Source of the DNA: Epiperipatus broadwayi
Lineage: Eukaryota; Animalia; Onychophora
DNA length: 64,000 bases
Direction: 5' to 3'
Assembly: GCA_028023455.1 (NCBI GenBank)
Contig: JAQFVV010000010.1
Span: 3,224,001 to 3,288,000 of the forward strand
This document shows positions 29,001-44,000 of this stretch, one piece after another. The stretch's first letter is position 1; every line of letters begins with the position of its first letter. The position numbers were made by a program, and so were the translations under genes. The notes beneath the pieces were generated by a model, which saw only the letters and a program-made list of their open reading frames with translations, did not search any database and was not told where the DNA came from.

Positions 29001-32000
29001 AAGTGTATTTATTTGATATACTCACATGTATTATTTTCACTCATAATTACTCTCTAAAATTATTTTAGAAAATTAACAAAGAGAGTGCTACAAATAAACA
29101 CATGAAAAGACATGTGTATGTAAATTATGACATTTGAAAAAAACTGATATAAAGATGTGGGGAGACTACTCCTGCTCAGCAATGAGACTGAAAGTGTTGG
29201 GATTGTTTTAAAGTGAAAATGCAAAAGAAACAGCACTCAAAAGGCTAAAAATAGTTCCGAAGAAAGTGTAAAACATTAGAACTCTGTTAAACTGTACTTA
29301 TGGAATTAATAGTGGATATGCTTATTATTGTTATTGTTATGATAGTGAAGTTAAGCACATATTGTCTAAATGTTTTCTAGTTTAACGTCTATCTTATGTT
29401 AATAAGCATTATTATATACCTATTTTTGGAAATTGTTTAATTTATTTTTGCTGTCTGACTGGTCTTTAGGGATCCTCAGAACATAGCAGAATGGTTGGAA
29501 GTTAACAATTGGCAGATCCAGTGAAGTGAAAGGATAAAATTAGCAGATAAGAACAGCTTCTATTGTGAATAACAAAAAATAGCAGCACTAAATTTTGTGA
29601 TTACGGAACTTTGATATAAATAACATGTGCTCATGGAAAAGATATGTAGAACATGTAGAATACATTTTCATTTATAAAGTAGAAGATGCTTCTCTATTTT
29701 TCTAGTCAAGACATAATACAACTTGCAAATAGACTTACTGATCCTAAACAATCAGAGGAATAAAGAAGTTATAGAAATATTAAATGGTTATTTTAATCTG
29801 AAAATATCTAAATGGGCAGTGGAGCTGAGATTGAGAAATCTGAAACAATTACCACAGGAAAAATACTTAGATTACCTTGCTTTAAGGAAGTTAGTGAAAC
29901 ACTGTGATTTTGGTCCAGAAATATTGATTTTTTTATTAGAACAATTTTTATACAGTATAATGGATGAAAGTTTTAGAAAAATACTGCTGAGTGATCCTAA
30001 TTTAAATTATAAACTACCAATGGATAAATGTGTCATGCAAGAGACTATGTTAAGCAATGTCTCCCAAGTATGGATTGCTTCAAAGTTAGAAAAATTTTCT
30101 ATTACTACAGAAATTTTTTTTTAAATTTGCTGATTTTCATTAGAGAGAAAAAGGAGCAGACATGTTATTGTTGCAGGAAATCTGGATGTTTAAAAATTAA
30201 TTGCAAGCATAACAAAAAAATATTGAGAAATTATGTCTAAAGAAGATTTAGCTGCTGTTTGTTATTTCAAAGATCATGGAGCTACTAATAAGAATAAGGC
30301 AGACTACAATCTTGGGAAGAAATGGAGTTTAAGAAAATAAATATTAAAACATTAAATGATAGCATAATGGACCACATATTATTAGTATTGCGATAAATAG
30401 GTTACTTGAAGTTGACAGTGGAGCTGTGTTGTTACTGAAGTCATTTAAAAGAATGAATTAAAATCAGTGAAAACTAAAAAAAAGAAAATCACACTATAAA
30501 ATACTGATATGATAGCAACAGATATTAATAGAAACAACATCAATATTTGCAGAAAAATAATAGTTCTTGTCAAGCTGAATTCGAGGTGAAGGTTTTTTAC
30601 ATTGCACATAGTAAATAAAGATTTTTCATCCACTCTTAGGAAGAAACTGGTTTGGACCTCTAGATATATACATAAACATATTAAAAACAATTCAAGTGGA
30701 AATTCTTATGAAAAAGAGATACTCAGGATTATTTAGATCCGAATCAGCTGAACTGAGAACTAGACCAGTGAATGTTGAATTGATGAAAGCTTCATAACCG
30801 ATCATAGGCAAACTTTGTAAAGTACCATTTGCCTTGATGGATAAAGTTGAGAAAACATTGAATGAGTTAGTCTCTAAAGAAGTTTGAACATCAAATGAAG
30901 ATTCCTCATGGTCACACCAGTAGTAAAGATTGTAAAACCAGCTGAAAGTTTGCAATTGTGTGGCAATTACAGCCTGAGAAAATATATAAACAAATATTCA
31001 TATTCGATTTGAAGCATATGTGAAGAATTCGTGCTAATTAGTTCACGAAAGTAGATCTAAAGGTTGCATTCCATCAAAGACCATTAACAGAAAAAAACCG
31101 CAGAATTGTTAACTTTAACCACTCATAATGGACTATATAAATGTAATAAATTATCTTATGGTATTTCCATAGCACCAAACATTTTCCAGACAAAAATGGA
31201 TATGCTGTTTAGAACTAGGATCAGCATAATTTTCTACCTAGATGACATCTTAATTACTGCAATAATAGAAGCATATTTAGAAAAGTGAGTGGATATAGTC
31301 TGCTCAAAACTAGAAAAAGTCAAAGCCAAAGTAAATGCTAATAAATGTATATGATCTATGAAAGAAATAAAATTTTTTGGACATATAATAAATGCAAATG
31401 ACTGATATCATCTACACTCTGACAGAGTAAAAGCAATAAAAAATGCTGAGAAACCTAAAAATGTAAAAGAACTGCAGGTGTTTTTAGGACTTTTTAAATT
31501 TTTACAAAAGTTTTGTGAAGGAAAAATCATACTGTTTACTGCTATTGTACTAACTTCTCAAAAAGAAGCAATGTTGTACCTGGACCAGTGAATATAACAT
31601 GACTTTTAAAAATGCTAGACTTGTTAACCTCATAAAATTACCATAGTTATCTGGATATTATAATAATAACTGATGCATCCGAATAGTATCATAGTTGTTA
31701 TGTCACATCTGTATTATGGAGAACATCCGATCATCTATGTTTCCAGGATTTTTACTTCGGTTGAAAAAAAATATAGTCAAATTGATAAGCAAGCATTGAT
31801 CATCATTTTCACAATCAAGAACTTCCATCAATACATTTATGGGCAGAAATTTCAAATTTGCACTGAGTATCACCCCCATAACAGGTATTTTTGGCACAGA
31901 AAAAAAATCCCAAACATGTGAGCCATTGAATGCTACATTGGATAAATAGGTTGCCTAGTTATGATTATGAATTACTTTACAAACCTGGAAAAAAAATTGG

Positions 32001-35000
32001 TCATGCAGATGCTTTTTTCCAATTACAAGGAAAAAGAATGTGTAATTAAAGAAATAAATTACATAGACTCAATGAACTCTGACAATATAAACAGCATAGT
32101 TACAGCCAAGTAATAAAAGATATGCCAACTTATGAAGTGGATCAAATTTGGCTGGCCAAAGACACATCTTTGGGAATTAATAAATCAATTTGGAATGTAT
32201 AAGATGGGCTTACAGTTTGCAATGGATGCATGCTGATCACCAATTGCCTACTTGTTTCTTCCAAGGGCACAGCACATGTATTGAATCTGTTACATCAAAG
32301 CCATCCTAGGATTGTCAGGATGAAAATGTTGATTTGATCATACGTATGCTGGACAAATTTAACAAGCAACATCTTTGCACATGGTTAAAAAATGCTGTAA
32401 TTGTCAACAAAGGGCTAAATTGCTGATTAAATAATTAGAAATGTGGAAAAGGTCTATGACTCCTTGGACTTATATTCATTTAGACCATACTGGCCCATTG
32501 AATGGATATATTATCTTGATACTGGTAGATGTCTATTCGTGATAGATTGAATATAAGTTGATGAAAAGTACAAGTACGCAGTGCATAATAACGGTTTTAA
32601 ATGAAATATTCACTATGCATGCATTCTCCAATCTGACAGTGATAGACAACAATACAGGCTTTACATCACAAAAGTTTAAACAGTATTTGCAGGATAAAGG
32701 ATCTTTATTCTATCGTATCATTCTGAAAGTAATAGAATTGGAGAGAAAGCTGTACAACATGTAAAAAACATGCTGTTAAAAACAAATAAAGAATGTATCT
32801 GAAGCTTTAGTGGAAATGATGTATACTCAGCACTTTATGTCTAGCATTGCAACAAATAAGAACCCAGCAAAGCTATTTATGTGTCTCTTTCCACATCTTT
32901 TAAACAAACTATTATCTACTAATAGTAGAGATAGAAATCAAAATTAGATAAAATTTTTGGCAGGTGAAAATATGTGGATGGATCCACAATCTACTAAAAC
33001 AAAAATGGATGCCTGGTATAATAATGAAAGTGTTATTGAAGCAAGTAAGACTAGTAAAATTACAGAATGGAAGAGAATTTAAAAGACATATTAATCACCT
33101 TTGCCATTGTTATGAGGACACTTTGCCAGATATTTATCAAAATAAAGTGTTGGAAAATAAAGTAATGAAAAGTGATCCATTATTGGATGATGCAGATATT
33201 GATCTAGATTTAGAAGTATTGACAGAAAATAAGGAAGAGATGTACATGAATAACAACATAGTTAACATCTCTAATAGATGAAGTCGAGAGAGTAATTTTT
33301 AGAACTTCACAAATTTGCTGACTGCCTGTTAAATTGAAAGATTATGTCTGCCACTAAGTCTGTGAGTTTCTAGAATAGGAGAGAAGTGGAATTTCTGCAT
33401 ATATATAATTTAGTATAAATAAAGTGTATTTATTTTATATACTCGCACAGATTATTTTCACTCATAATTACTGACTAAAATCACTCTAAAAAATTAATAA
33501 AAAGATTGCTGTAAATAAATACATGAAAAGACAAATGTATGTAAATCAGGATGCTAGAAAAAAACTGATATAAAGACATGGAAGACTACTCCTATGCAGC
33601 AATAAGACTGAAAGTGTTTGAATCATTTTAAAGTGCAAATGCAGAAGAAGCAGCCCTCAAAAGTCGGAAATATGATTCCGAAGAAAGTTTAGAATTTTAG
33701 AACTCTGTTAAACACTTAAGGAATTAATAGGGGTTATGCTTATTATTGTTATATTAGTGAAGTTAAGTGCATATTGTAAATATTTTCTAGTTCAATATCT
33801 ATCTTATTTCATGCTAAATATTTAATTTATTGTCACTATCTGATTGATCATTAGGGATCCTCAGAACATAGCAATGTTGAAAATGATTTGAAAATTTTAA
33901 GACTTTTCAATTGAATCTAAAAGAAGAAATATTTTTTAGTAAAACATTTCTATGCATTCCTGCAGCAATATTTAACTATTTTTTAAACATTATATACTTA
34001 AGAAATCTTCATAATATAAACATTTTATAATCAAAAATAAATATTTGTTTTAAGTTATAGAATATAGCAATGTACACATTTTTATTTATTCTGGTACAGT
34101 TTAGCATAATAATTAAAATGGCAAATTTAAAGACTAAATGTTTTTGGATTAATTCCGAGCTGAGAAAAGATTTTAATATCAGTTTGCTCAGTGAATGGAA
34201 CTATTATTTTGATGTTTTAATATCACTCACTTTCCAAGCGACTGACTTTATAGTAATTAATATTATTATTACATTAATAATCATTTCTTTCTTCTTTTTT
34301 TTTTTTTAACAGTATGCATTGGGTCAATGATTTACCTGGATGTTTTAGACAGGTAAGATTTCTGCAAATGACTATATCTATATGTGTGTATATATGCTAC
34401 ATACGCATGTATTTGTAAATATAATATAAGAGAATCTTTCATAAAATCATATCAGTTTGAATTTTTGTCATAATATCAAAAATATTCTGTAAATAATACT
34501 GATTATTATTAGTGTATCAGATTTTTATTTTTTTGTTTAAAAAAAAAACCATATATCATCAAAAAAAATCAACATTACCATTAAAAAATTAACTTGGAAA
34601 CTTCTTCTAAAAAGATTTTAAATCAAATTTAATTATAGATTAAGAATATTTATGGTTTCAGAATTATTATTCATATAGATTGATTACTGTTACTATATTT
34701 TTAAAAAAATATATTGGATGTCATATGCTATTAATTTATATACATCTGTATTTTGAAAATAAATATAGTTTTAATTTACGACTTTAATTAAAAATAAAAC
34801 ATTTTCTTCAGTCATAATAGTTCTTATTTTATATGTATATATACAAAACAATACAATATTATTCTCACTTAAATTATTTCTTTTCTTAATTTGAATATAA
34901 AAATTAATATTAAACCTATATTTTTAGAGCATGACCAATATTAAAAATATATAATTATAGAACATGAAATTGAGTCTAGCCACAATTTCTATCTATTTAA

Positions 35001-38000
35001 TATTAAAGTCATTTGCACTGAGCATAGTGATTGAAAAATAAATAAAATAACATCAGCACAATAAATAAGGAATAAATGGTATATATAAATTATTTAACTT
35101 ATAAATTCTCCTTATATAAACATGCTAATAGAACAGTACCCATTTTTTAATAAATTTATAATTTTTCCAGAATAGTGTACCTTCACTATTAATTTTTTTA
35201 AATACAATTTTTTTTTTGTTTGCAAAATTTGTAACTTAAATATATATTTGTGCATATCTTTGTGTTTTAGCATATATTTAATTAACAAATTTAGTTAAAA
35301 AAATAATAAATATTTAATTTTGAATAAAATTTAATTGTCAGTTAAGAAATAGAAATTTATTTTATGCACATTAAAAAGATTTTTTATGCAAATGTCTTCT
35401 TATATTTTCATCCTATATTATTAAATGTGTGTTCACACTCATATAAACCATAAATTCTGAATACAGAATAAAACAAATATAAGCAAAAAAATATTGAATG
35501 AAATAAAAGTTGACTTCTTGAGCAACTGATAAATACAACAAATTAAATAAATGGTTACTCCACTCAAATATTCTTATTTGTTTTATGAAATATAATCAGT
35601 AATTAATTTATGTAAAAAAGTAATATGATATACAATGGGTGATGAATTTATAAACTCATTTATCAGTCAGCCATAGAAATGTCATTTTGTGCATTTTGTT
35701 TGCACTTTTCATGGAGTTTTTATTATTATTATTTTTTATATAAGTTACTAGGAATATTACATTAAACTATTTCTAGAAGGAAACTCATTGAAAATTCTGC
35801 AAATTAGATATCTATAAAAGTTAATAATAACATAGTGTAAATGAAAATTACATTTTAGAAAGAGATCTGCTTGGGTTTTTATGATAAGTACATATCTGTT
35901 TTTAATTTATTAATAAATGTTTATACATTTTGTTTAATAATAAATTTAATTTATATAATTTTGAAAAAACTGAAAAAAAAAACCCACTAATTTATTATTT
36001 TAAATTTATAACAATATTAACACATTATATATTCATCCAAAAATTTATGATGGTGACATTTTATTTGTAGTTATGTGTTAGACTATTTATTCCCTTATCA
36101 AGTTGAATTGTTAAATACTTTTAGAAAAATTCTAAATTTATTTATACTTTTCCATATTCTTTTCTTTTTTAGGTACTGTTGTATTGGCATGAGAATTGAA
36201 CTCTTGACCTTTAGATTCTGGAATGCTCAATTCAAGGTGGTGCTCTAACCAATTAGGATCTTCTGTTAAAACAATAATTAATATAAATTTAATATATTTT
36301 ATTGATGAAAATCCTCTTGATTTTTCCTTTTTTTTAAAATAACAAGTGTTTAATCAATGTTTTCCAAACACACTAGTCCATTTATTGTATTATTTGTGAT
36401 TGTTATTTGAGCATTTTCTTTAAATTTTTTAAATAAGATTTAGTTTTTGCAGAGATTAGGATTTCTAATCATTTGTTAGGGCTTTGAAAAGCTGTTCTTA
36501 TATTGATTACAGATTTTTTTTTTTAGTTTATCATTTAAGCTGCTCATATAACAACTCCATAAGTCAACCTTGAATGATTAACCATAATATTAGAAAAACA
36601 CTCATTAACTTTGTAATGAAAAAGAAAATCTGCAGAAATCAGAAGAAATTTCATAGATGAGTATACAAAATTTCTACTAATATGTCTTTGACAGAATAAC
36701 CTAATTGGTTAGAGCATTATCTTAAATTCACTATTATTGATTCCCATGTTAATAGTGTCACTGGTCATGTCAGAAACACCTAAAGAAAATAAAGAAAATA
36801 ATATCATGTAAAACATGTTTTATATTATCCTATGTTTTATTATTTAACAGTTAAATTAATCCTTTATTCTTTATGTTATGAAATTTAATATTTTTGATAA
36901 AATATGGATTGATGTTTCTCTAGCTTGTGGTTGTACAGAATCGCATTAATGCATACTTTCATTTTTATTTGTCTTTTATATTCTTATTAAGATCCTGTAT
37001 GGTGTTGTGATTAAAGCATTCGTTTACTGAATCTGGATGGAGCTTGAAATTTTTTCAGGTAGTTGAAGATTTTCGAAGTTAAGTTAGGATATTTTTCTGG
37101 TAACTGATCCATAGTCAATATGACCAAACATTTTTCAATATAAGTTGATAAATGAGAATTTATATATTCTTAAATGAAAGATAAAGTTCTCAAGATACTC
37201 CGAATTGCTTGATCAATGGCTATTCACATGTCAAATAATGATCTTAATACCATCTTCTTCTTCAGGGCTAATAGTTATATCATATTACAATCATATTTAT
37301 TTCCCTCATCAGTGCTAATAGCTGCATGATATTACAATCATTTTATATTTTCACTTTTTATTTCAAAAAATATTTATATATCTTTTTTTTTTTTCATTTT
37401 AGATTTTTAATGCCTTAAAAAATGATGGTGCTTTTATTTGTGCTATGTTTGGAGGTGAAACACTTCATGAATTAAGGGTCTCTCTTCAACTTGCAGAATT
37501 AGAAAGAGAAGGGGCAAGTTAAAATATTTTATTTACAATTCTATTAGAAAAAATGTATTTTTTAACTTGTATATATGAATGAAGGGCCTCTTGTGATTTA
37601 TTGGTTAAATATTCACCAGTCATGCTCAAAAACTGAGATTTGAATCTAGGCTGGATAAGACTTGGAAAAATTTGTCAACTCTAATCACTCATTTTCTCTG
37701 CAGTGAGCTATTTAAAGGCTGTTTCATTTTTTTTACTTCTGGCACATGTGCTAATATTATCATTTTCAAAAATCAATAATAAACAATTCTTTGACAATGC
37801 TATTCAATAGATTTTTTTTTTAATTATTCATAATAAATGTATTTTATTTATTTATTTAAATTTTATGTCTAATACTGAGTCCATATTTTATAATGAATCT
37901 TTGGATTAGAAAATACTACAATAATTGTTAAGGGTTTATGGAAATCAAAAGTAAACTACATCTGTAATAAGCAAGTATTTATTTTTACATTATTGGAGCC

Positions 38001-41000
38001 AAATTATTATTTAATCTATATAAATTTTGGCATAAAATAATTATGCCAGTTCATGTTTCTTGTCATTTTTTTTAAAAAATAGCTATCTTTTATACTATTA
38101 AAAAAATGAGAATAAATCAAAGAATAAATAAATACATTTATATCATATAGAACATATAATTAATATCATTGTTTTGAAAATTTAATATAATATTTATGTA
38201 ATATATTAAAATATATACAATAAAAAAAAGAGTAATAGTAAATATTTATAGAATTTTCAGTTATTTATAAAATACTTTTGCATATCCATAACTATTACAA
38301 AACCTTGATTATGAAACTTATGAAAGTTTACTGAGAATAAGTTTTTTAATTTTAAACTTATTTCCATAGTTATATATATATAATCAAGATTAATACTCCA
38401 ACACTGAAAAAAGTTTGTATTTATATATTGTTATGAAGTTATTGAACATATCATATAACTATGCAATCGTAAAAAGTTCTGTTAAACTTAGGTATGTTTA
38501 ATCTCTTATTTGACCATAAAATTAATAATAGAAGGATTGTTTTTAAGAATAAATTCAATTAGAGTATAAACATTTTAAAGAATGTGATGTTAATATCTTG
38601 CTTATAGTGCAACTCAAATGCAGTTTATACCTTTGACTCATAATTAGGTTTCCAGAATTCTATAAGTTCAAATAAAAAAAAAAAACAATCAAATCTTTGC
38701 ATGCTATAAGAGATTAAGCATTTGGTACAGAAGTGATAAAGAGTCCTATACTACAAGCACTATACCTTAAATAATTTCAGAAAAAGACAAAATTTTTTTG
38801 ATTTTCTAAGCTTGCAGCAGCATTGATTAATGATGAATTGGCCGTACTTGAATCCTATGAAGTTAATAAATTAATAAATCTCTAAAGAATATCTGTGATG
38901 ATTCAGAAAAAGATATGCGAATATATGAAAAAACTGGAAGCTGATTTTAAATTGGAAAAGGCACTAGATGAGAAGATTCAATCTCTCTAGAAACTTCATT
39001 AAACATTTGAAGAAAAAAAAAAGAATAATATCAAAAAAGCAAAGAAACATTTGTGTCTGAATAAATTTAAAATATGAAGGTGGCATTATAATCAACCGAA
39101 GAAAATGATGACACACTGAAACCAAATTTAAAGATTCTAAACAAACAATAGAAAGATATGTATGATATATAAACATGATCAAAACAAAATCACTTGTAAT
39201 CTAGATGACCAAAATAAAATAAGATTAAGAATATCTAGCATATGTATAAACGATGGGTAGGATTGATAAAATAAAGTTATCAGGTTACAAATCAAATTAG
39301 ATATACAGATATGAAACATAGTAAATGATTCAATTAGAATAAATATTTGAGAAGACCCGCTACAGAAAATGATTGACAATTGGTGTTGGAAAAATGTTTC
39401 CAATGAAGAAGTATATATTAAAAAGAAATGAATCAGAAATTTGATTAATTGCTAGAAAGAAATGAGCAAAGTGATTTTATTTAAATAAAAAAATTTCAAT
39501 ATGAAACCTGATATTTATTTTTTTATTGATAGATTCTTAATTTTAAAACAATACTATATATAAATAATAATTTTTAATCAAAAAAAAAAATTAGATATTA
39601 GTGTTATTGATATAGCAGTACAGAGATGAGAAACCATCATCCCCATTCAATACATTAAATTAAATATAAAAGGAATAAGAATATGAGCAGAGAATCAGCA
39701 TAAATTAAGTTATAATGATCATCACCAGCACTATATAAGAAAATCAAATCTTCATGAACAACAATTATTAATCAACAAAGAACAATCAAAAATCACAAAA
39801 TCAACATCATAAAATCAACAGTCAAACTTGTGACTAGATTTAAAAGAGATATACTATAAAAGAGGCTAAAACCACTGCCAAACTCATGTCTGATTATAAT
39901 GTGCTAATTTTAACCCATTTACCTACTTAAAATTTTCACTCCTATATACCCTTAAGTTTATTGATCACTGTCTAGTATTTATAATTAATTCATGTGCCAA
40001 TCTCTTTTTCTATTCCAAATGACACTTTTTATATTTCATAGTCATCTTCCATTCGGACCCTGTATTTTTATTTCATAGCACTACTATATATTGTAATGGG
40101 ATGGGGCTATCCGGTTGTAGCAAATTATTATAGTTAACTCCTTAGAGCAACTAAAAGTATAATTATAACTTCATCAACCAGCATTATAGATAAGTAAAAA
40201 GTTATCTATCAACATATTTGATGGGATATCATCATCAAAATAAATCAATACTACAAATCAGAATAAAATCAACAGTCCATCTTGTGGTTGGATTTGAACA
40301 ATAAAAATATAAATCAATAGTCAATCTGGTGACTGGATTGGAAATGAGTCCTCTGTAGACCAGGCTAACTATTTAGCCCTTGCCAGCTTATGCTCATCCA
40401 TAAGAAATATATAAAAATCAGAACAAAATGCTTGGACATTAAAACATGCGGTTGTGTTCTGATCTATCGTGTCAGCCGTCTCATGGTGTTGATGCTAACC
40501 AAAAACACATTAATATAATGTTCCCGGGTTAGCAATTCTCTATTATTATTGACTTTTTTTTTTTACTAATTTTACTTTCTTTCGTTTCTAAATTATTTTT
40601 CCCAAATAATATTTTTGACAATGGGATAATAATAGTTGTTTTTTAATTTTTATTGACAAAAGGGTCTTTTTTGGTGTATATTAAAATATTAATTTAGGTT
40701 TTTTAAATAGTATTACTGTTTTTTAAAATTTGATTAACAAAATTCAAGAGAGAATAGTTTTTTTTATGTATCTTTAAATAATAATTTACGTTACTTTTAT
40801 TAGTTTACATTTGATTGATAACAATTAGTGGGAGGGTTGTTTTTATGTATGATTAAATAATAATTTACTGTTACTTTTTTTTTTACATTTGATTGCCGAC
40901 AACAATTATTGGGAGAAGGGTTTTTTTTGTGTGTGTTTAAATAAATTTAAGTTACTTTTATTTTACATTCGATTGACAACCAATTTTACTTTCTTTCGTT

Positions 41001-44000
41001 TATAAATTATTTTTCCCAAATAATACTTTTGACAATGGGACAATAATAGTTCTTTCTTAATTTTTATTGACAAGAGAGTATTTTTTGGTGTACGTTAAAA
41101 TGGGTTATGTTTAAAAAATAATTTACCTTACTTTTTATTGGTTTACATTTGATTGACAATAATTAGTGGGAGAGATATTTTTGTGTATGTTTAAATAATA
41201 ATCTACGTTCCTTTTATTTTACATTTGATTGCCGACAACAATTATTGCGAGGTGTTTTTTTGTGTACTGGTAATCTACAGGGATCACATTTACCTAAAAT
41301 TAATTGGTAAAACTTTTATAGAGTTATATATAAAATAGCTAAGGATGGAGATGATTGAACCTAAAAATTGGTTATATTTTTCAAAGTGACTAAATGTCAA
41401 CAAGGGTATGACAATAAGCTAATCAATGGGGATTTTGAATGTTTCATCATTGGATTTTCAATGATATGGATGGCTGAAGAGTTGGAGGGTGGAGAAGGAT
41501 AAAGTTTGTACATTAAAGTTTGAAGGTTTGCTATCTTAATATAAACTCAGCACTGATTGTATATATGTGTGAGGGATGGTGATCTAGACCAACTAATGAG
41601 AGCTAGTTCAGCACAAATTATGTATATTGGAGATCATTTATCTTTTTCACGTGTATGTGATCATGTGTATAAGTTGTATAAGATGGAATGCATAGCTGTA
41701 GGGAGCTTGAAAGTCTGAGTTGAAGTCACTCCTAATCATTTACATATATATATATATATACACACCCATTCACAATTTAATGTACATTTATTTAGAATAT
41801 ACTTATATGTTCAGATTTTAATACTGAATACATGTAAAATTTATCAAGTCTATTTTAAATAATAATTGAATGGCTGTAGTGTTCAGTCATGATTATACAT
41901 ATAAACACAAACAAGTATACATAGTTTTATAATATATTTATTAGTAATATATAGATACAAACATACACTTGATTCACAATTGTTAATTATAAATAACTAC
42001 ACTTAGCTTGCTACTGTTGTCAAGATATAATTTCCTGTACTAGGATGAACTGTTGAAGAAGGGACTGTGTTTTTTAATACATTTCCTACTAACTTCCAGC
42101 TGTACTTAGCAGTCTGCCTCATGAGTAAGTATGGTGCTTGCCTTGAGTAAGCTTTGGTTTTGGCAGCTTCCAGCTCTGAATATGGACTTGCTTCACTTCA
42201 TAATGGTTAGCTTAAATAATCTGGAAGCAAGCACTGCTATTCAGGTTAGCAGCATGTTCCCTTTGACTGTATATGGAGAGCTAGGCTGCTGTTATTCAGA
42301 TTTAACAGTTGTTTTCTGACCTTACTATCAAAAAGGCTGAATATTTATTGCTAGATCCCCAACATTAATGGAAATATTTGGATTCAGTGAGTATCATTGC
42401 CTATTGGCCTGTTTTTGCCTTTGGCTATGCATTATCTCTTTATATATGCATTGGTTAGTGGCAATGAATGCTGAATCCAATCATGATAAGAAAGGAATCT
42501 GGATTAGTTCATTATTTGAAGGCAAGGTAAGATGTGACATTCCCTTTCTCTGGATAAAATTAGCCCTGGAGAATGTAGTCATGCAGGTGCTTTGGAAGAT
42601 GTCTTCTTCACTTTGTTATTTCTTCTGGCTTGATGGTGTTTTCAGAAGGTCTACTGTTGTCACTTGGGTTTTTTTGAACTGAAGGTTTATTGCAATTGGT
42701 TAGTAATTCATCACTAGTCCATTGCAACTTTTTCATCTGATGAGGTTTTGCTGATGGCTGGTCTTGGAACTGTAGATTCCCACAATCTGGTTGATGACAC
42801 ATAACTATTAACTTGTCACTTTTTCTTATCTGATAAGGCTTTGCTGATGGCTGGTTGTGAAACTAAGTTCATTACAACTGGCTGATAATGTGTAAATTAA
42901 CCCAAGTTTGTTTCTGTGATGACGATGTTGTTTTCCATCAACAGTTTCAACCATGACCATTTGTGGTTTTGATTTTGATCATGGCTGCTGGAACCCAATT
43001 GGTGGTTCTCTTAAATATGCAGCATAAGACATAAGTACCTATCTGTTTTTTGCACCCAGTTTTGTGCATTATTTTAGGATTCAAACTTGGATTAATTATT
43101 TCAAGACTGTGAGCTGGTTCACTTTAGTCACTATAAAACCTACGTGAGTGAACCAATCACATCCTAATAAATTGCTCTGCTGACCACCAGATACAATAAG
43201 AAGCAGATGTCTCATTCTATTGGTCATTGTAATCTTCACTCTTGCTTTCTCTTGCCTGAAGCAAGAGTGCTACTAGATTGATTGCCTTGGTAATCAGTTA
43301 TTGTTTTGCTATTAGGATACAATTGAAATTTATTATTCATATTAATGATAGACCATGTCTTGTTCGACACTATGGACAGTGCAGACCCTGTGCAGTTCCA
43401 TTGTGACCAGCATATCATTATTAAGGATTCTATGTTTGATAATAGAATTACTGTTTTTCACATTGTTTACACAGGCAATTTGTTTTGTTGTTTTTTTTAC
43501 TTTAAAATTGCCTTTTGGGATGAATTCATGCATTCTGTCATTATCTATTTGTTGTTTCCTTATAAAACAAGCAGTTTTTGTGTGACTAGCATGCTTGCAG
43601 TATGTACATACTGTATAGCCATGTGAACATTCTGTGCATGCATGTGTAAGTTCATTATATTTATAAAAATGCTTTTCACTTGCCATTTTTGATTTTACTT
43701 AATATTTTGAATCTTATAATTCCATTTTTGTCAATGGCTTTGCTTAACTAGCTGTTGATTTTACTAGTGTTGCTTGAGATAAAGCAGATTCAAAGGTTAT
43801 GTCAGGATCCATTAGCTTGGCTCTTAAGATTATGATTGCTTATTCTGCAGATAAATCTACCTCATAGATCATTGTTAAAAAGGTCTTTAAAATTGTATTT
43901 TAATGCTAATGAACATATTCTAACAGCAAAATTTCTAACTTTTTCTCCTTCCCCTTGAACACAAAGACTGAAATGATATCTCTGAAATATTGTTAGGGGT

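Noticed and set aside
29723-33281. Several ORFs that could be read as nested host genes
   Set aside because: They are frameshifted fragments of the Gypsy gag-pol between its LTRs.
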